Shown: positions 7,839-18,100 of the stretch, in pieces
Layout: the number at the start of each line of letters is the position of its first letter
Numbering within the stretch: position 1 is the first letter of the stretch
Virus record (IMG/VR): IMGVR_UViG_3300033406_000027
Coordinates: 1-33,969 of that record
Length of the DNA: 33,969 nt
Direction: 5' to 3' (one strand)
Origin: a virus
Lineage: Duplodnaviria > Caudoviricetes
Notes under the pieces: generated by a model
What the model saw: the letters and a program-made list of their open reading frames with translations, nothing else
What the model was told of the DNA's origin: nothing
Databases searched by the model: none
Program-made: the position numbers and the translations under genes

Positions 7839-9086
7839 TTGGGGTTATTAAGAAAATTTAAAAATTCCTTGGCCGATTATATTAGTAAATTTCTTGCTGG
7901 CGATGATGTTAGCGAATACTCTGGGATTGGTGCTATTAATGTTGATCGAGAAGTAGCAATGAAGTATTCCGCGGTGTTTTCTTGCGTTCGGGTGCTTAGT
8001 GAGACATTCGCTACCTGCCCGGCTATACTGTACCGGAAAAACAAAGACGGTACACGGGGAGTTTCAACAGACCTGCAGGTGTACGACATTTTGCATAATC
8101 AGCCAAATGATATGATGGCTCCATTTGGGTTTAAAGAAACCCAGCTTATTAGCTTAAACACAGGTGGCAATTCTGTATGTTTAAAATTGGTAAATAAGTA
8201 TAATGATTTGGTTGGGTTATGGCCTTTAGAGTGGACAAAACTTCAGATCAAAAGCGAGAATGGGCAAATATCATACAAGTATCAGGATGGGGCCAACGAA
8301 AAAACGTATTCAAGAAGCGAAATATTTCATATTCCTGGTCTTAGTTTTGATGGGTTAATTGGTGTTTCACCTATTGAATACATGGCGAGTGCCATTACAT
8401 TAGGGTTGTCATATGAGAAATTTGGGGTTAGGTTCTATCAAAACGGCGCGAATGCAAGCGGCGTTTTTTCATTTCCAGACGTTCTGGGAGATGTGGCGTA
8501 TGAACGACTCAAGAAAGATCTGACAAAAAACTATACTGGTCTAGCTAACACTGGGAAACCAATATTATTGGAGTCCGGTGGTTCATTTAATCAGCTAACA
8601 ATCAAGCCTGTTGATGCACAACTTTTAGAATCGAAAAAATTTCAGATTGAAGACGTTGCTCGATGTTATCGGGTTCCGCTCCATTTGATCCAGAACTTGG
8701 ATAAGGCAACAAACAACAACATTGAGCATCAATCCTTGGAATTTATCATGTACACCATGCTTCCTTGGTTTAAGAGATATGAGGAGAATGCCAACGCCCA
8801 GTTATTGACGCCGAAAGAGCGAAAAGCTGGGTATTATATTGAGTTCAAAATGGACGGTCTGTTGCGTGGTGACATGGCGTCTCGATCAGCTGCTTATGCT
8901 GCCGGACGACAGTGGGGTTGGTTGTCGGTCAATGATATCCGCCGATTGGAAAATATGCCGCCGGTTGAAAATGGCGACATATACTTACAGCCGTCAAACA
9001 TGATTGAAGCCGGGAAACTGCCACAACAAAATGGATCCCAAGCGTTAGCAGCAGAAATCCATGAACTGATAGGGGAGAGGAGGTAA
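7839..9086 (+). CDS. Portal protein (HK97 family)
   Basis: AVFSCVRVLSE, GVSPI, NNIEHQSLEF and LLRGD; TTG 7839 after AAGGAGGTG. Confidence 0.96.
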   Translation: MGLLRKFKNSLADYISKFLAGDDVSEYSGIGAINVDREVAMKYSAVFSCVRVLSETFATCPAILYRKNKDGTRGVSTDLQVYDILHNQPNDMMAPFGFKETQLISLNTGGNSVCLKLVNKYNDLVGLWPLEWTKLQIKSENGQISYKYQDGANEKTYSRSEIFHIPGLSFDGLIGVSPIEYMASAITLGLSYEKFGVRFYQNGANASGVFSFPDVLGDVAYERLKKDLTKNYTGLANTGKPILLESGGSFNQLTIKPVDAQLLESKKFQIEDVARCYRVPLHLIQNLDKATNNNIEHQSLEFIMYTMLPWFKRYEENANAQLLTPKERKAGYYIEFKMDGLLRGDMASRSAAYAAGRQWGWLSVNDIRRLENMPPVENGDIYLQPSNMIEAGKLPQQNGSQALAAEIHELIGERR

Positions 9087-9089
9087 GTT

Positions 9090-9842
9090 ATGAAAAAGAA
9101 AAAGTTTTGGGAGTTTAAGGCTCAGGCTGATAATGCCGGGGAATTATTGCTGTATGATGAAATCAGCGATTCGAGTTGGTGGGGTGATGAGGTAACACCG
9201 AAGCAGTTTAAAAAGGACATGGATGCATTAGGCGATATATCGTCGCTAAATATTTATATTAATTCAGGCGGCGGCGACGTATTTGCCGGGCAGGCTATTT
9301 ATTCAATGCTCAAACGTCATTCTGCCACAAAAAATGTGTATATTGACGGTCTTGCGGCTAGTATGGCATCGGTAATAGCCATGGTCGGTGACAATGTGTA
9401 TATGCCTAGTAACGCTATGCTGATGGTCCATAATCCATGGACCATTGCTATGGGTAATGCCAACGATTTCAGGGCCATGGCCGACACGCTTGATAAGATC
9501 CGCGAAAGTTCAATTGCTGTCTATCGCGACAAAACCGGCATGGAAGACGATGAGATAATTAAATTACTGGATGCCGAAACATGGATGACCGCGGAGGATG
9601 CTGTTGCTATGGGGTTTGCTGATGAGATTGAAGGAGGAAAACAGGTTGCTGCATCGATATCAGATGGTCAGCTTATTTTGGGCAGCATGGCGTTTGACTT
9701 GTCGAGGTTTAAAAATATTCCGGCGGCTAAAATTCAATTTTATGCGCCGCCACCAGAACCCGATCCCCCGGGTGTAATCCCGGTTGATATATACGCAGAA
9801 AAATGCCGGATGAATGAAAGGAGATTAAAACATGGATTTTAA
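9090..9842 (+). CDS. ClpP-like head maturation protease
   Basis: INSGGGDVF, GLAASMAS, MVHNPW and ETWMTAEDAV. Confidence 0.95.
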   Translation: MKKKKFWEFKAQADNAGELLLYDEISDSSWWGDEVTPKQFKKDMDALGDISSLNIYINSGGGDVFAGQAIYSMLKRHSATKNVYIDGLAASMASVIAMVGDNVYMPSNAMLMVHNPWTIAMGNANDFRAMADTLDKIRESSIAVYRDKTGMEDDEIIKLLDAETWMTAEDAVAMGFADEIEGGKQVAASISDGQLILGSMAFDLSRFKNIPAAKIQFYAPPPEPDPPGVIPVDIYAEKCRMNERRLKHGF

Positions 9843-11106
9843 GAAAATGCTCAAACAAAAGATGGATGCCCAGGCGGGTATCGTTAATACCGCTATAGCT
9901 GCTAATAGGGGTATGACTGTAGAGGAAAAGACGCAATTTGATGCCTTGGAAACCGAAATTGCAAGTCTGGAGGCCACCATCGAGGCACAGACGAAAATTG
10001 ATGCCAGAGAAGTTGCCATTAATACGCCAGTCAATCAGCCTCCTCCAAACATCGAAGTCAATGAAAAGAAATGGAATAGCCTTGGTGATTTTTTAAAAGC
10101 TGTTCGAGTGGCCGGTGTACCAGGCGGGGTAATTGACAATCGTCTACTCCATGGTGTAAAAGGTGCGGCCAGTGGTTCCAGTGAGGCTGTTAACTCTGAC
10201 GGTGGTTTTTTAATTGACGAGCAATATGTAGCGGAGCTGTTGGCTAAGGTCCATGATGCCAGCGCAATTGCCAGCCGGTGCCGGTCAATTCCAATCGGCC
10301 CAAATGCCAACCGAATCAGAATGAACGGGATAGATGAAACCAGCAGGGCGAACGGCAGCCGCTGGGGTGGTGTGCAGGCTTACTGGACGTCGGAGGCGGA
10401 AACAGTCGCGTCCAGCAAACCGAAATTCAAAAAAATCGAACTCACCTTAGATAAGCTGATGGCCTTGTGTTACCTTACTGACGAGCTAATGGAAGATGCT
10501 GTGGCACTCGAAGCCGTAATCCGCCAGGCGTTCGCGGAAGAAATGGCGTTTAAGCTAGATGATGCACTTTTAAATGGCAGTGGCACAGGGATTCCCCAAG
10601 GAATTCTAAAGGCGGATGCGTTGGTCACGGTGGCGAAGGAAACTAGCCAAACTGCAACCACGGTCAACCACTACAACATCCTGAAAATGTACAACCGGAT
10701 ATATGCCCGGTCGCGTGGCAATGCCGTTTGGTTTATTAATCAAGAGGTCGAGCCTCAACTCGAAAATATGACAATTACCGTCGGTACCGGTGGCGAATTG
10801 TCTCCGTATACGCGCGAGTATATCGAGCGTGGGACCATTAAGGGCTTACCCGTTATCCCGGTCGAGCAATGCGCAGCCCTGGGAACGGTCGGTGATATCA
10901 TACTGGCTGACATGAGCCAGTATATGATAATTGATAAGGGCGGCATTAATGCCCAGTCTTCGGTGCATGTTCGATTCCTGTATGATGAAAATGTCATGCG
11001 GTTTACTTATCGCGTTAATGGTATGCCGCTTTGGGATATGGCTATGACACCGTATAAGGGAAGTTCCACCTATTCGCCATTTGTCGCACTCGCGACCAGA
11101 TCGTAA
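9832..11106 (+). CDS. Major capsid protein (HK97 fold) with N-terminal delta domain
   Basis: Coiled-coil N-terminus, DGGFLI, AYWTSE and LLNGSGTGIPQGI. Confidence 0.96.
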   Translation: MDFKKMLKQKMDAQAGIVNTAIAANRGMTVEEKTQFDALETEIASLEATIEAQTKIDAREVAINTPVNQPPPNIEVNEKKWNSLGDFLKAVRVAGVPGGVIDNRLLHGVKGAASGSSEAVNSDGGFLIDEQYVAELLAKVHDASAIASRCRSIPIGPNANRIRMNGIDETSRANGSRWGGVQAYWTSEAETVASSKPKFKKIELTLDKLMALCYLTDELMEDAVALEAVIRQAFAEEMAFKLDDALLNGSGTGIPQGILKADALVTVAKETSQTATTVNHYNILKMYNRIYARSRGNAVWFINQEVEPQLENMTITVGTGGELSPYTREYIERGTIKGLPVIPVEQCAALGTVGDIILADMSQYMIIDKGGINAQSSVHVRFLYDENVMRFTYRVNGMPLWDMAMTPYKGSSTYSPFVALATRS

Positions 11107-11119
11107 GGAGGTAATAACT

Positions 11120-11602
11120 ATGTCAATGATTTGTGTACCTGAAACCTATAAAGTTGTCCAAGCTCTAAACCCGGCAACCGATGCCGCTGGGCGAACCGGG
11201 ACGTATGTCAGTCTGAAAAATGTTAATCGGGCGTATATTGTGTGTAATATCACCCAAGGGGTGGCAACAACCATTGCCTTGACGCCTTACCAAGCCACTG
11301 CTGTCGCAGGGACTAGTGTTAAAGTTTTGACCAACAATATTCCAATCTGGATTAATGCTGATACTTCAACGTCTGATACATTGACCAAACAGAGTGACGC
11401 CTTGACGTTTACCACTGATTCCGGTATTAAAAACAAGGTAGTTGTATTTCAAATTGATCCACAAAAATTGGATATTAATAATGAATTTGATTGCATAACA
11501 ATCGTCACCGGCGCGTCCAGTGCTTCAAATATCACTTCGGCAGTGTATTTGCTAGATATGAAGACTCAAAAATCTACTCCGCCGAGTGCGATTACTGATT
11601 AA
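11120..11602 (+). CDS. Capsid-associated (decoration-like) protein
   Basis: AAGGAGGT RBS, ATG 11120; beta-rich; lies between the capsid gene and a terminator. Confidence 0.6.
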   Translation: MSMICVPETYKVVQALNPATDAAGRTGTYVSLKNVNRAYIVCNITQGVATTIALTPYQATAVAGTSVKVLTNNIPIWINADTSTSDTLTKQSDALTFTTDSGIKNKVVVFQIDPQKLDINNEFDCITIVTGASSASNITSAVYLLDMKTQKSTPPSAITD

Positions 11603-11606
11603 TGCT

Positions 11607-11629
11607 AGGGGACGGAAAAGTTCCCTTTT
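11607..11629 (+). terminator. Probable terminator after the capsid genes
   Basis: AGGGGAC-GGAAAA-GTTCCCT followed by TTT. Confidence 0.5.
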
Positions 11630-11641
11630 GGCGGTGATTAA

Positions 11642-12208
11642 ATGGCGATAAAAATTATAACCGAGCCGACAACGGAGCCGGTGACATTGGATGAGGCGAA
11701 AGCCCACTGTAGGGTAGACGGCACAGACGAAGACGATCTGATTACGACGCTTATTGTTGCCGCCCGACAATATTGTGAGCAGCGTCAAAACCGGGCGTAT
11801 TTAACGCAGACATTAGAATTGACGCTTGATCGTTGGCCACGCTTTCCGGTAAATATCCCACACCCGCCGCTCGTTAGCGTGGAGAGCATCAAGTATTACG
11901 GCACTGATGACACTGAATATATTTGGTCTACAACTGAGTATTTTGTTGATGCTGATTCTGAGCCTGGCCGGGTGTCTTTAAGGTATGCCAAAACAACACC
12001 GACAGTGACACTCAGACCAGTAAATGGGGTGAAAGTTCGTTATGTAGCTGGCGCTTCTGAGGTAGCGCAGACCGTGAAACAAGCTATGCTGCTCCTAATT
12101 GGCCACTGGTATATAAATCGTGAATCGGTACTAACTGGGGTGACGTCAAAGGAAATAGAGTTTGCCGTATCTGCGCTTCTTGGCATTGATCGGGTGTGGC
12201 CGACGTGA
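11642..12208 (+). CDS. Head-tail connector (phiE125 gp8 / HK97 gp6-like)
   Basis: EPVTLDEAKAHCRVD and AMLLLIGHWYINRE. Confidence 0.92.
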   Translation: MAIKIITEPTTEPVTLDEAKAHCRVDGTDEDDLITTLIVAARQYCEQRQNRAYLTQTLELTLDRWPRFPVNIPHPPLVSVESIKYYGTDDTEYIWSTTEYFVDADSEPGRVSLRYAKTTPTVTLRPVNGVKVRYVAGASEVAQTVKQAMLLLIGHWYINRESVLTGVTSKEIEFAVSALLGIDRVWPT

Positions 12209-12537
12209 TCGGCGCTGGGAAGTTAAACAAACGGGTTATGATCCAGGAGTTAACTACATCTATTGATGCTGGCGGCGGTGCGGATGAATCATGGACAACT
12301 TATGAAACAGTTTGGGCGAATGTGAAGCCGATTACTGGCAAAACGTTGTACTATGCGCAGCAAATCGAAAGCACAGTGGACCATGAAATTAGAATCCGCT
12401 ACTTGTCCGGTGTGAAAACTGACATGCGGGTTACTGTTGACAGCCGAACATTTGAAATAAAAAACATTCTGGATTATGATGGCCGAAAGCAGGAGCTTAC
12501 GCTACTTGCCCAGGAGGTCTCTGCTGATGAAAGTTGA
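12196..12537 (+). CDS. Head closure / head-tail adaptor (SPP1 gp16-like)
   Basis: AGKLNKRVMIQ, VWANVKP and IRIRY. Confidence 0.9.
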   Translation: MADVIGAGKLNKRVMIQELTTSIDAGGGADESWTTYETVWANVKPITGKTLYYAQQIESTVDHEIRIRYLSGVKTDMRVTVDSRTFEIKNILDYDGRKQELTLLAQEVSADES

Positions 12538-12949
12538 GATTGAAATTAAAGGCGTTGATGACGTCATCGGCAAGATAAACCGTTTCAATTATAGAGTTGT
12601 TCATGGCGTTGAAATCCAGATGGACACTACTACGAAAAATATTCGCAACAGGGAACGGCAAGCCGCCCCAGTACGGACAGGAAAATATAAAAAATCAATT
12701 AAGCGGTCACTAAAAAAATCTGACTTAACGGCTACGGTTGGACCGCAGTGGCATGGACGATTGCATCCAATTGCCCATTTGCTGGAGCGAGGGACAAAGG
12801 CCCACCCTATTCACCCATATGGTAACAAAAAAGTCACAGTACAGCATCCTGGTACTAAATCTGATCCGCATATTGAACCGGCCTGGGATGCCGAACAGAA
12901 CGATTTTGTAAATGGTATTAAAAATGTAATTGAGGGGGCAGCACGATGA
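12527..12949 (+). CDS. HK97 gp10-family neck/tail protein
   Basis: APVRTGKYKKSI, HLLERGT and HPGT..PHIEPA; ATG 12527 after GGAGG. Confidence 0.88.
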   Translation: MKVEIEIKGVDDVIGKINRFNYRVVHGVEIQMDTTTKNIRNRERQAAPVRTGKYKKSIKRSLKKSDLTATVGPQWHGRLHPIAHLLERGTKAHPIHPYGNKKVTVQHPGTKSDPHIEPAWDAEQNDFVNGIKNVIEGAAR

Positions 12950-13350
12950 GATCCCCGGCATGGCCGCTTCAAGTGGCGATCTATAATAGGCTAACCGCTG
13001 AGATTAGTGATTACTCGGTATTTGATAAAGTGCCGGAAAACGAGGTTCCTAACTATATAACAATCGGCGAGTTTGATTTTTCGGACTGGTCGACTAAGAC
13101 TACGAGCGGTGTGGAAATAACCCATACCGTTTTTTGCTGGTCAAAATATGGTGGAACAAAGGAAGTTTGCGCGATGCTGGATGCAGTAACGGAGGCACTT
13201 TACGGCTTTTTTCCCGACTTATCCGCTGACAAATTTAATGCCGCGATCGTAAAAATGGAATCTGGGAAAATTGCTAGATTCGAGCGCGATGGGCTAATTT
13301 ACCGCTATAGCTCGTTAGCAATTAGCTATAAAATTCAGGATTTGGGGTGA
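12946..13350 (+). CDS. Tail completion/terminator protein (DUF3168-like)
   Basis: LQVAIYNRL, VFDKVP...YITIGE and WSKYGG. Confidence 0.85.
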   Translation: MRSPAWPLQVAIYNRLTAEISDYSVFDKVPENEVPNYITIGEFDFSDWSTKTTSGVEITHTVFCWSKYGGTKEVCAMLDAVTEALYGFFPDLSADKFNAAIVKMESGKIARFERDGLIYRYSSLAISYKIQDLG

Positions 13351-13355
13351 TATAG

Positions 13356-13727
13356 ATGGCGGATGAAACCACGGATACTACTAGTACGGATACCACAACC
13401 ACAACGACGGATACCACTACAACTAACTTGCTGGCCACGGCAGTGACAGCCCGGCTTACAGCGATAGGCATCGATGCGACAGCTGTGACGCTGAATTTTG
13501 ACGACGTGGTCTATCAGCAGGGTGCAATTGTCCAAGGAACAATAACTGCCTATGCGGATAGTGTCAGAGACTTTACTGACGAAATTATTGCCGCGCAAAC
13601 AGCAAGTGAATTAGAGGTGACGACTGGCTATACGGCAAAAGTCCATGCCATTGGCGATAAAAAATATTATGCTGATAGGTCAGTTTTTGTGTATTATTAT
13701 GAAATTGAAAAGATCGAGGAGGAATAA
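13356..13727 (+). CDS. Tail-region protein with a Thr-rich N-terminus; possibly a diverged DUF3168 paralog
   Basis: GGGGTGA RBS; LATAVTARL parallels LQVAIYNRL. Confidence 0.6.
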   Translation: MADETTDTTSTDTTTTTTDTTTTNLLATAVTARLTAIGIDATAVTLNFDDVVYQQGAIVQGTITAYADSVRDFTDEIIAAQTASELEVTTGYTAKVHAIGDKKYYADRSVFVYYYEIEKIEEE

Positions 13728-13730
13728 TTC

Positions 13731-14138
13731 ATGGCTGCTGTAACAGGCGTAGGTTTTTTAATTAAGGTTAACACAGGGACAACTGCGTCCCCAGTTTATA
13801 CAACCGTGGCGGGACAACGCAGTGCTACGCTGGATTTAAGTGTTGACGAGGCTGATACTACAAGCAAAACGTCATCGGGTTGGCATGAAGGTTTGCCGAC
13901 AATAAGATCCTGGTCAATTGATGGTGACGGGCTGATACTTGAAACCGACACCGGCATGGTGTTGCTCGAAACCTGCTATATGAACAATACCCAGGTATAC
14001 GTCCAGGTTTATACCCCCGCGGCGCATACATACACCGGGCTGGCTACTCTTACCGATTTTAGTTATGATGCCTCTTATGATAGTGAGGCCACTGTATCAT
14101 ATACGCTGACAGGTAGCGGCGCACTGACGAAGGTATAG
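13731..14138 (+). CDS. Major tail (tube) protein, TP901-1 family
   Basis: VAGQRSATL, DTTSK...GW, RSWSIDGDG and YTLTGSGAL. Confidence 0.92.
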   Translation: MAAVTGVGFLIKVNTGTTASPVYTTVAGQRSATLDLSVDEADTTSKTSSGWHEGLPTIRSWSIDGDGLILETDTGMVLLETCYMNNTQVYVQVYTPAAHTYTGLATLTDFSYDASYDSEATVSYTLTGSGALTKV

Positions 14139-14148
14139 GAGGTATAAC

Positions 14149-14475
14149 ATGTCGCTAATAACTAAACAGCAAACTACCACATCGGGACTGACCACCACCC
14201 TTGCTGCCGCTGCATCAGGGGATTATTTTGTGAACACCGGTAAATCTGCTTTGCGTGTGAAAAACGCCAGTTCGGCGGCTGTTACTGTAACGGTAGCGGC
14301 TCAGACCGCGTGCCCACTTGGCACGCTCCACAATGTCGCGGTGTCTGTTGCGGCGGCTGGTGATGTTTTAATCGGCCCGTTCCCACCGGCGTACTATAAC
14401 GATGCGAGTGGGTATGCTTATATAACATATTCTGCCGTTACGTCGGTGACGGTGGCTGTGGTCGAAGTCCCATAA
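14149..14475 (+). CDS. Small beta-rich virion accessory protein
   Basis: AGGAGGT RBS; LRVKNAS...VTVTV and IGPFPP; shares a terminator with the tube gene. Confidence 0.65.
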   Translation: MSLITKQQTTTSGLTTTLAAAASGDYFVNTGKSALRVKNASSAAVTVTVAAQTACPLGTLHNVAVSVAAAGDVLIGPFPPAYYNDASGYAYITYSAVTSVTVAVVEVP

Positions 14476-14479
14476 TAAA

Positions 14480-14512
14480 AGCGGTCTGTTAAATTCAGAC
14501 CGCTAAATTTTT
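14480..14512 (+). terminator. Intrinsic terminator
   Basis: AGCGGTCTG-TTAAATT-CAGACCGCT followed by AAATTTTT. Confidence 0.6.
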
Positions 14513-14525
14513 AATGAGGTGGATT

Positions 14526-14885
14526 ATGAATTACGTTGAGATTGAGCTTGGCGGTAAAACCCGTAAACTGAAATTTGATTATAACGCATTATGTGAGGCT
14601 GAGGCTAAAGCTGATAAACCAATAATGCAGTTGCTGAGCTCCGATAACTTGGGAATGGCTTCAATCCGGGCGTTGTTGTACGGTGGATTAGTTTGGCAGG
14701 AACGAGGTTTGACACTGCTGCGTACTGGGCAAATGCTCTCCGAATACCTGTGCAGTGGCGGCGAAATCGGTGATTTGATGGCCAAAATATCTGAGGCAAT
14801 TAATTTAAGTGGATTATTTAAGAAAGTGGCGGTAGAAGAGCCAGGGGATGATAATGCGGGAAACGCGGAGGGGGCGCTGAATTAG
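14526..14885 (+). CDS. Tail assembly chaperone (gpG-like)
   Basis: IELGGKTRKLKFDYNALCEAE; GAGGTGG RBS, ATG 14526; lies between tube and tape measure. Confidence 0.88.
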   Translation: MNYVEIELGGKTRKLKFDYNALCEAEAKADKPIMQLLSSDNLGMASIRALLYGGLVWQERGLTLLRTGQMLSEYLCSGGEIGDLMAKISEAINLSGLFKKVAVEEPGDDNAGNAEGALN

Positions 14886-14892
14886 CGCCCCT
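14858..14892 (+). other. -1 programmed ribosomal frameshift: G GGA AAC slippery heptamer plus 3' hairpin
   Basis: In-frame heptamer at 14858-14864; GGGGCGCT-GAATT-AGCGCCCC hairpin at 14871-14891; -1 frame open to 15199. Confidence 0.85.
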
Positions 14893-15199
14893 GACTTTTG
14901 TCGAAAAATACGATAATGATAAAAAAGTAGCAATCGGGATATTGGGATTAAAGCCTTGGGAGTTTGACCGGTTAACCCCTGGCGAATTTACTGACATACT
15001 GGAAGGGTTTAACACCCGGCAGGAAATGGAGTATCAAAGAACAGCCTGGCTGGCCGCTAATTTGATGAATTTACACCTTAAACGAAAGGTTACCGCGGCT
15101 AAATTACTAGGTAAGCATAAGAAGAGAGATACCCGGACCAAGGAACAAAAACGTGCGGAACTTGATGAGGTTAAACGGTTGCTCGGGGAGGTGAATTGA
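14864..15199 (+). CDS. Tail assembly chaperone extension (gpT-like), read through the -1 frameshift
   Basis: RGGGAELAPLTFVEKY...LGLKPWEFDRLTPGEF, open from the slip site. Confidence 0.82.
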   Translation, partial: RGGGAELAPLTFVEKYDNDKKVAIGILGLKPWEFDRLTPGEFTDILEGFNTRQEMEYQRTAWLAANLMNLHLKRKVTAAKLLGKHKKRDTRTKEQKRAELDEVKRLLGEVN

Positions 15200-18100
15200 T
15201 GGCAACAACATTAGCGGATCTGTTAATAAAATTGGGGGTAGACACGAGCGACTTCCAAAAAAATTTACGCAATGCACAAAAACAATTAAGGACAGCATTT
15301 GGATCTGATGCAATTGACCTATCAAAAGACATTTCGGTAGGATTTGCAGGGATTGCTGCAGCTGCCTTAGGTGTAGGTGTGGCATCGATAAAAATGGCGT
15401 CAGACATGGCTGCAACCAAAAAGTCATTTACCACACTGATTGGTAATGCCCAGGATGCGCAACAGTTTTTGGACGATTTGACGAGTTTTGCAGCACAAAC
15501 ACCGTTTCAGTTAACGGGATTAACGGATGCTAGTAAAAAACTACTCGCCTTTGGATTTGCGGCTGAAGATATTATTCCGATAATGTCCGCAATAGGTGAT
15601 GCGGCGGCATTGTTAGGAGTAGGTCAGGAGGGCATTGATCACATAACATTAGCAATTGGGCAGATGAATGCTAAAGGCAAAGTCAGTGCCGACGAAATGA
15701 ACCAACTTGCCGAAACCGGCATACCCGTTTGGAAGATGCTTGCAGATGCAATAGGAACCGATATACCAACAGCCATGAAACAAGCGGAGACGGGATCAAT
15801 TAGCGGCGTTACTGGGATTAACGCCATTTTAACTGGAATGCAGACAAAATTCAAAGGCGGCATGGCCGGAATGGCGACTGAGATCTCCGGTATCTGGAGT
15901 AACATCGTTGATAATACCGAATCGGTTATGCGTAAAATTGGCGATGCAATAACTGACGGGCTGGATCTAAAAACAAAGTTGTCTGGTTTGTCGGATGCTT
16001 TATCGGCCTTTGCCACAGATGTACAAAATTCGGGGATTAAACAGGCGATTATAGATATAGTACCGCCGGAATTAACGGCGGCTATATTTGTTATGGCTGG
16101 AGCGCTATTGGGTGCGGCGGTACCCGCTATGATTGCATTTGCTATATCGGCATGGGCCGCAGTGGCACCGCTTATACCATTTATCGCGATTGGCGCAGCG
16201 GTTGGTGCTTTAGCTTATGAGATATGGAAAAATTGGGAGCCTCTTGGTGAATTGTTTAGCACCCTGTTTTCAACTATATCGAGCATCTTTAGCGAAGCTT
16301 GGGATGGAATTATATCCGTTATATCACCGGTTTGGGAGACAGTTGTATCTATAATAAGCACAGCATGGAATACGGTTTTGTCCGTTACGTCCGCTGTGTT
16401 CGATGCCATTACGCCGATTGTCAAAGCGGCAGCACTTGTAATCGGCGCGGTACTACTAGCGGCAGCCACCCCTGTTATTGCCGCTGTCGCCCTACTCTAT
16501 GCGGCATGGTGTACGATTGCTGATGTTGCAGATGTAATTTACTCGAACTGGGATAAAATCGGTCAGTACTTCAGCGAATTGTGGGATGGATTAGTGGCTG
16601 AGGTTACGGCGGTTTGGGATGAAATAACGAGCTATATCAGCGGGATTGTGGATGGAATCGTCGCAACGATCACGACAGCCTGGGATAATGTGGTGACCGT
16701 GACCACGGATATCTTCGGTGGCATTTTTTCAACCTTATCTGATATATGGTATAGCGTAGTAAGCTATATCAGTTCGGCGCTGGATAGTATTGTTGGTTTT
16801 ATTAACAGTGAATGGGATACGGCGGTTGATCTAACTAACAGTGTGTGGAACGGCATTACTTCGAAAATCAGTGAAGCCTGGGATAGCATCTGCAGGATAG
16901 TGTCGGATGGCGTTAATTGGGTCTTGAGTAAAATGCAAGCTCTCCTTGATTTGATTGGTACCGCATTACCGGACGGGTTAAAAAACTTCGTAAGCACATT
17001 CACAAGTGGAATTAGTAAGATTTCTAGCGCAGCCTCAAAGATTAGTCTATTCGGGGGCGGTGCAACTTCTCAAACGTCTGCAGCAAGCGCCGGAATCGAT
17101 AAGACCTTTACAGGCCTTCATAATGCCGCATCAAGCGCAGCGAGCGGGTCAGGTTCAAGTAGTAAAACGAGTGCTGCCGATAAAGAGGCTAAAGCTTACG
17201 AAAAGCTGGAAAAACAGGCGGACAAAACCGGAGAATCCATTGAAAAAGAATGGCTTAGCTTGACTAATACCCAAATGGCTTCTTTGGATAATTGGTATAA
17301 CGACGAAATAAAAAAACTAGATGAATCGAAAGATGCAAATGCGGATTACACGACAGATAGAGAAAGGCTTGATGAAATATACGCTGCCAAGGCCGCTAAG
17401 ATTTTGCAGGAACAACAAAAGGAATCAAACGCTGTTTGGGACCAGGCTTATGAGGATGTGGCGGACTATAAAAAACGGGAAGCGCTACTACTGGCGAAAA
17501 CTGATGTTGAGAAGCAAAAGATTGAAATTGAGTCCAACGCCGAGGAAGAAATCACCAAAATACAAAATAAGTATCGCGACTTAGCTCTTGATTTTGCAGG
17601 AAAAACCGATGAGATGAAACTCCAGCAGATTGAGGCATGGAATTCGGTTGGGGAATCTTTTACGTTAATGGTCAATGGTCAGATCGTGGATGCGAAACGA
17701 TTTGCCGATGAAAACAAAAATAATGCTGCTGCCATGAAAAATACTTCGGTCAGTTTTGCAGAACTAACGCAGAAAGAGATTCTTTTAGTTAACAATGAAA
17801 CAGCCCAAAAGCTAAAGGATCTGAAATATGATGAAACGCTGTATAAGCAGAAGCTTGACTTGGCTTATGCAGAAGGTAATATCTCCGCGTATCAATCGTT
17901 ATATAAAAATCAACAGGGGCTACAGCAACAAGATTTAGCGGGTAAGCAGGCATATATGGACACCTATTTGAAACTTTGGAAATCCGCTACTCAGACAGCA
18001 CAGGAGCTATGGGCCAATGCCGTTGATGGTATGACGGATAACCTGAGTTCCTTCTTAACCGACACATTCAGTTTTACTTCCAGTATCGACGATGCATGGA

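Noticed and set aside
14120-14160. Frameshift or readthrough fusing the tail tube to the 14149 protein
   Set aside because: No slippery site seen, different frames, and the downstream gene has its own AGGAGG RBS.
14942-15199. Independent 85-aa gene
   Set aside because: Better explained as the -1 frame extension of the tail chaperone.
16200-16960. Periodic Trp/Phe repeats as a novel repeat element
   Set aside because: Ordinary tape-measure helical periodicity.
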